A DNA stretch of 14,568 nt, taken from NCBI GenBank assembly GCA_965233585.1, contig CBDDTI010000707.1, forward strand, positions 1-14,568, written 5' to 3'. The notes beneath the pieces are model-generated. The model had not been told where the DNA came from. It did no database searches and worked only from the letters and a program-made list of their open reading frames with translations. Shown here piece after piece: positions 9,699 to 14,568 of the stretch (position 1 is the first letter of the stretch; every line of letters starts with the position of its first letter). This stretch comes from a bacterium. GTDB lineage: Bacteria > SAR324 > NAC60-12. The position numbers were made by a program, and so were the translations under genes.

Positions 9699-10760
9699 GA
9701 TTGGCACACTAGTGTAGAATACTGAAGCCTACCACCAACTCTTAACATTCCCTTTCCATCCAGTAATGGTCTCAATTTGTATACAGAGCTTCTCAGGTTC
9801 TCCATGGTTTACATCTTGGAGTGCCTTAATCACTGGTAAGAAGGCAGACTTCTGCACACACACTTGATGATTTGAGCCTCTGCATATCGTAATTCGCCTA
9901 TAGACAGTCTGCCATAAGATGATACATCAACAGGTGATGACACTCGCTAGCACCTCCTTCCCTTTAAGAATTCTACAAATCTCAGAAGCCAAGCAACAGC
10001 TCTCTTGAACTTGAGGAATATTGGAGCGTCATTAGGTCCAATGGTCGTTTTTCCTCCATCTGGGTAAAGTGATTTGCTTGACCTTGAGGTCTGACTTCTG
10101 GATCTTCATCAGAAATGTTGGTTAACGACATTGGATTGATAGACCACGATGACTTATCTTCCCATAGAAATGCAAGGCCTCTGAGCCATCGCTCATTGCT
10201 CAATAACTCCTTCACTGTCAGACCTCGGCTGACATCGTCAGCTGGGTTGATGTTAGTTGGCACGTTATTCCACTGGGAAGGTTCTGAACCATCATGTATC
10301 ACTGCTAGCCGATTGGCCACAAACGTGTAGAATCGTTTGTCTTCGTTCTTGACGTATTGGAGAACGGCGGTTGAATCGGTCCAAAACGACATTCTATCAG
10401 ACTACCGGCCTTAAGCGTCTTGGCAATGCAACACTTGAAAGTAAAGGTAAATCTGACAACCATAGTCTCAAAGCTCTGAGATTCTTGTGCTTCAATTTCT
10501 TCATCCCAGCCAAATCCTTGCTTACAAAGATCTTGAAGAAGCCTCTTCGCAGGCAAGATGATCGGTGATACCATGCCAAGTGGATCATAAATGGAACTTG
10601 TTACTGATAGAATCTCTCTTCGCGTGAAGGGCTTATCCCTTGGTGTCATCTTAAAGGTAAACATGTCACCATTCATTTTCCACTGAACTCCAAGGGATCT
10701 TCCAGTAGGAAGAACATTAGAGTTCAAATCCAGATCCAAAACTGAAGGACTCTGGCTGAA
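9699..10760 (-). pseudogene. Pao peptidase A17/RNase H region, internally deleted and frameshifted
   Basis: LGVQW...[34 protein letters not shown]...[12 protein letters not shown]...FVANRL...W..VPT..NPAD.SRG. Confidence 0.9.
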
Positions 10761-10801
10761 AGTGGAATAATTTCAAGGACTTCCTTCTGTTTGCACAACC
10801 A

Positions 10802-11560
10802 TTAAGTCAGTCGAAATCCACCCCTTGACAGCAAGGCACCCAGATCTTTTCTCAATTCAACAGCAACTTCGGTCGATTTCACCGATTTCAAACAATTGTC
10901 GACAAAGAAGTTCATCAACACTGTGTTAGTTACTTCATGGCTAAAGTCTCCTGCATTATCTTGAGCTGTCCTTCGAAGACCAAAACTGGCACAGCTTGGA
11001 GAGGACGTGCTACCAAATAGATGAACCTTCATTCTGTAATTCTGTATTCCACTGGCCGTCTTGATAGATCGTCGTCAGGCCACCATAGGAACCTCAGGGC
11101 ATCAACATCCTTTGGATCAACCATTACTTCATGAAACATAGATTCGATGTTTGAGGATAGTGCAACTGGTTCTTGACGAAATCTTACTAGGACACCAAGC
11201 AGACCATTGGTCAGGTCTGGGCCACTTAATAGCTGGTCATTAAGCGATGTTCCTCTGTATCGAGCTGCGCAGTCAAAGACCACTCTTAATTTCCCGGGCT
11301 TGTTAGGATTAAAGACAGCATGGTGAGCAAGATACTAAGGAGGTTTGCCATCGACATCATGCTCTTCTTTAGCGACTTGTTGGGCTTAACCCTTCGAGAT
11401 GTAGTCATAATGTAGTCATGATGTAGTCGCCCTGTAGCTTTCAAACAATTTGTGATCGTGTAGAAACTTCTTCTTTAGCAGCTGCAGTCTGTGGTCTGCA
11501 AGAACTCGATTTTTCGGCAGACAAAAGGAGGCTGCTGTCACCAGGGAAGTGCTATTTGGT
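10802..11560 (-). pseudogene. Pao reverse transcriptase, decayed
   Basis: VFDCAA...[12 protein letters not shown]...[10 protein letters not shown]...LRFLW; HLFGSTSSP; NFFVDNCL (YVDD-equivalent); GGFRL. Confidence 0.92.
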
Positions 11561-11699
11561 AATGACTAGAAACCTTCATGGGAGATCCCTCCATTATCCT
11601 CAAGGCTCGCTCATCTTCTACAGACATGGACATCTTTGAACTTGATATTAAGGCAACAAAGCCAGTTTTCCAAAACTTTTTAACTTGCTGAGAAAGTCT

Positions 11700-12527
11700 T
11701 TCATCATCATCTTACCAGACGTAAGAAATTCACATTGATAATGAAGCTGTCCTCTTCACTAATCTTATCTGTCGGTCCTATTACCGTCCAGCCCAGGGGT
11801 AATCGAACGTCCGCATGCTCGCCTTTGCTACCATGTTTTTCTTCGAGAACCCAGAAGGATTCAGGTACGTTGCATCTAATAAGTACTCGGACTTCCTTAA
11901 TGTCAATCTCTGGAAGTTCAATTCCTTTCAGATGAGGCCATCTACCGACATCTCATTCTCTTGGAATGCTTAGCTCAGAAATGTTCAGACGCTCGACTGT
12001 CCAAAATTTGGGTACTTCCAGACTTTATTCATTGTTAATCGAGTTGATGATGAGCTTAACTTCGTAGCCTGACCTTGGACTGTCCTTTTTCTCCTGGGTG
12101 GTTAGAGAGAAATGTCTCTGGACTCCGCTGATGCCTAACTCATCGATAAGCTTTTCCCCACAAAGTGACACATCAAAACCATTTTCTAAAAGTGCATACG
12201 TTTCCAATACTTGTCCTGGTTGCCTTCCTTGTACCCTCACAGGAACGATTCTTAAACGCAATTTCCTACCTAGAGCACCGGTGTTTCTGCTTGAATTCCG
12301 AACACCGGCGCTAATCGGGTGATTCTCAATGGTGTATTCTGCACTTTCTCTTGCATGGGATTGGTTGCTAGGGTAAGCCTCATTGTTCTTCATCTCGTGA
12401 GTTTCCTTAGTCTCTTCCCTTGCAGGTAGGGAACGTTCAGGGGGGAGGGGGGGGGGGGGAGGGGAGGGGTTAATGACAGTCATGTGTTTTCCATTACAGC
12501 CCTCGATGTAACAACCACTTTTCGGAG
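11700..12527 (-). pseudogene. Pao gag zinc-knuckle remnant and aspartic protease
   Basis: CYIEGCNGKH knuckle near 12480..12515; LRIVPVRV...TYALLENGFDVSLC (ALLD-x-GS equivalent); downstream PLGWTVIGP motif. Confidence 0.85.
12440..12468 (+). repeat. G-rich tract (G-quadruplex potential)
   Basis: Four G runs separated by single A; reads as a poly-Pro linker on the minus strand. Confidence 0.7.
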
Positions 12528-12629
12528 ATGTTTACGCCTCCTTTGTCAGTATTTTAATGCGAATTTTCCCCTTTTTTCATTAGTTCGCTATTTTTCTTTT
12601 TCTCGGAAATTGTAATTTTTATGATTAAT

Positions 12630-12700
12630 CGTCCGATTTTGTTACCACTCGTATGATTACAGACTGAATTGGACTCCACTCAGTCCTGTTACCATTACTA
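12630..12700 (+). repeat. Terminal fragment of an interspersed repeat with a short hairpin
   Basis: GGACT-ccactc-AGTCC hairpin at 12671..12686. The surrounding CACTCGTATGATTACAGAC...TTACCATTA resembles a repeat end I recall from coral genomes; unverified. Confidence 0.35.
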
Positions 12701-14568
12701 AATATTAATCTCTCAAATACTAAACATTTATGAAGTCATATTTTTACCTTTATTACAATTAAAACTTCGAACCAGCTTTGTCGTTACAAACCCGATAACA
12801 TTGCCAGTTGTTGATCTTATGTCACTGGTAGTCATGTCAAGCAACTTTTATTAAGAGATTGTTTTGTGTATGTTTTGCTGATTTTAGGCAGTTTGCATGG
12901 CATCTTTTGTTCACTGAAGCGAGCCTCGTAAGTTTTAAAACTGGAGCTCGAAAAAATGGTGTGTGAGAGAACAGTTTCTTGGCCATTATAATTGACGTGT
13001 ACGTTTTGTGTTCAAGAGTTAAAAAGGAAAAGCGTAGTAATAAAGTAATTATTAGTTACCAGTAAGAAAAGGGATACGTGTTTAATCAATATTGGGTGCC
13101 ATGACTGCTTCATTGATTTCATCAGTGGTGGAAGCGTGTGTTAAAATAACCGATTTAGTGTCCCCTAGGTGTGAAGATTTTGGCGCAAGGAAAGAGCAGT
13201 ATAATCCATCTAAACAGCACTACATCACCGGTGTACAAAATCAAAGATTTAAGTTGTGAAGACTACCACCGAAGGGCCTTAAGACAAACGAAATAAAGTA
13301 ATTTCAAGCTGTGTCTAAAATGTGAGAAAATAGCAAGCTTCTTGTAGATGAGCTCAGAAACAAGTCCAGTAACTCTCTGAGAAGCGGCACAAATAGCAGT
13401 GTATCACAGAAACATTCTGTGCCATTGCGGCTTGTTAGAATTCCGCAAGTTACAGACTGCCATCTTCAAAACTGATGGAAGTCAGATGGTAGTGGCAAGA
13501 ACAGTTTTTAAGAATAGTTCAAAGAAGTTCAATTTGTCTGACAGTATCGTATTTCAGTACCCAAATAATGTGCAAGTCGCTTTCAAGAGAAATACGCAAA
13601 CAAGTAACGATATTTTTCGCAAAACAACACTTCAAATGTGACTCTTTTTCTCAGAAATCACGTTAATTTGCATCTTTTGTGGCTCAGTGACCAAAATTTG
13701 CATACGCAAGATCAAACTGAAAATAACTTTACATGTGTGGAATTTAATAAAGTTTACGACAATCACAAAATTAATAGCATTGCTTTGCTTATCTTAACTT
13801 TTTTTTTTTTGAGACTTCGATCCGGAACAATTTTTTTTTACAGCGTACCATATTTTTTGACTCGAAGCGAACACTGACTGAATATTCAAGTCAAAGCGGA
13901 AAAGGTGAAATCTTACGTGTTCAGTGGGATGTCTGCAGTAGATTTCGAAAATGAAAGTTATGACGATACTGCTCGAGCTCACCTCAGTATACAATGGAGT
14001 CGGTGATAATACAATTTGCCGTTCGTTCGCAGTCAGTTTGAGGTAATAGTGTTCACTCTACAGCTGAACTGAACAGAAACGATTTAAGGCATTCCGAATA
14101 TGCGCAATTATATATGGTAGACATAATTAAAGAGAAAACTTTCTGCTGTTCAATATAGTTACGTGTTTTTAGCAACAAGGGGGTTTCAAGCGAAATTAAA
14201 ACAAGCTAAAGATTAGACGCCTCAATGCTATCTTGGTTCCAGACGTTTTCTGAAGTTCCTTCTTTTATTGTGGATCGAGATTGAAATGAGCGAGACAAGA
14301 ATTTTTTTCTTGCTCCTCTCGCGGCTCCATTGCGTTGCTTCCTACCTTCCTTTCTATTGTTTCTGTTTCTGCTCGAGGACAGCAACTTGCGGAGGAAACA
14401 AGCGCAGAATCAAGTAATAAGCCGACCGAAGTAAGTAACTACACGGCAAAGTACGTTTGGTGCTGGAAACTCTAAAGAATGAATCGAGCAATTGTAACAC
14501 TCACGTCCCGTACATTAAGTGTTGAAATACGTGTTTTGGCACTCTTTCGCACAGTTTGTTCCCCTTTC

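Noticed and set aside
11399..11428. ATGTAGTC(ATR) triplication, and a similar 13-bp duplication near 8564..8589
   Set aside because: Local slippage or repair scars in a dead pol; no sign of function.
13190..13994. Short ORFs 13399..13641, 13638..13877 and 13794..13994, and a possible decayed transposon ORF (IIH..., YHR...)
   Set aside because: Motifs are too short and broken to support; a tBLASTx or HMM search would be needed.

Overview
Eukaryotic, AT-rich, transposon-dense DNA with no host protein-coding gene that I can support. The repeat content suggests a stony coral or other anthozoan, but that is my recollection and is unverified. (1) 166..6609 is a 6.4-kb unit bounded by two ~580-590 bp inverted copies of the SAME 5' end of an IS3EU-like DDE transposon (TATGCC...GGCATA termini, 22-bp subterminal arrays, N-terminal transposase codons), flanked by an exact 6-bp direct repeat ATAAAT. 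Inside are a right-end-less PIF/Harbinger element (Myb/SANT gene on +, two in-phase spliced transposase exons on -), a hammerhead-like motif, a MITE and a LINE-type 3' tail. (2) ~7121..12527 is a decayed, 5'-truncated BEL/Pao LTR retrotransposon on the minus strand. (3) The Pao pol is interrupted, with an 11-bp TSD, by a rearranged tRNA-containing repeat, which is itself interrupted, with a 14-bp TSD, by a second tRNA-containing repeat. The last ~2 kb is unannotated non-coding DNA.
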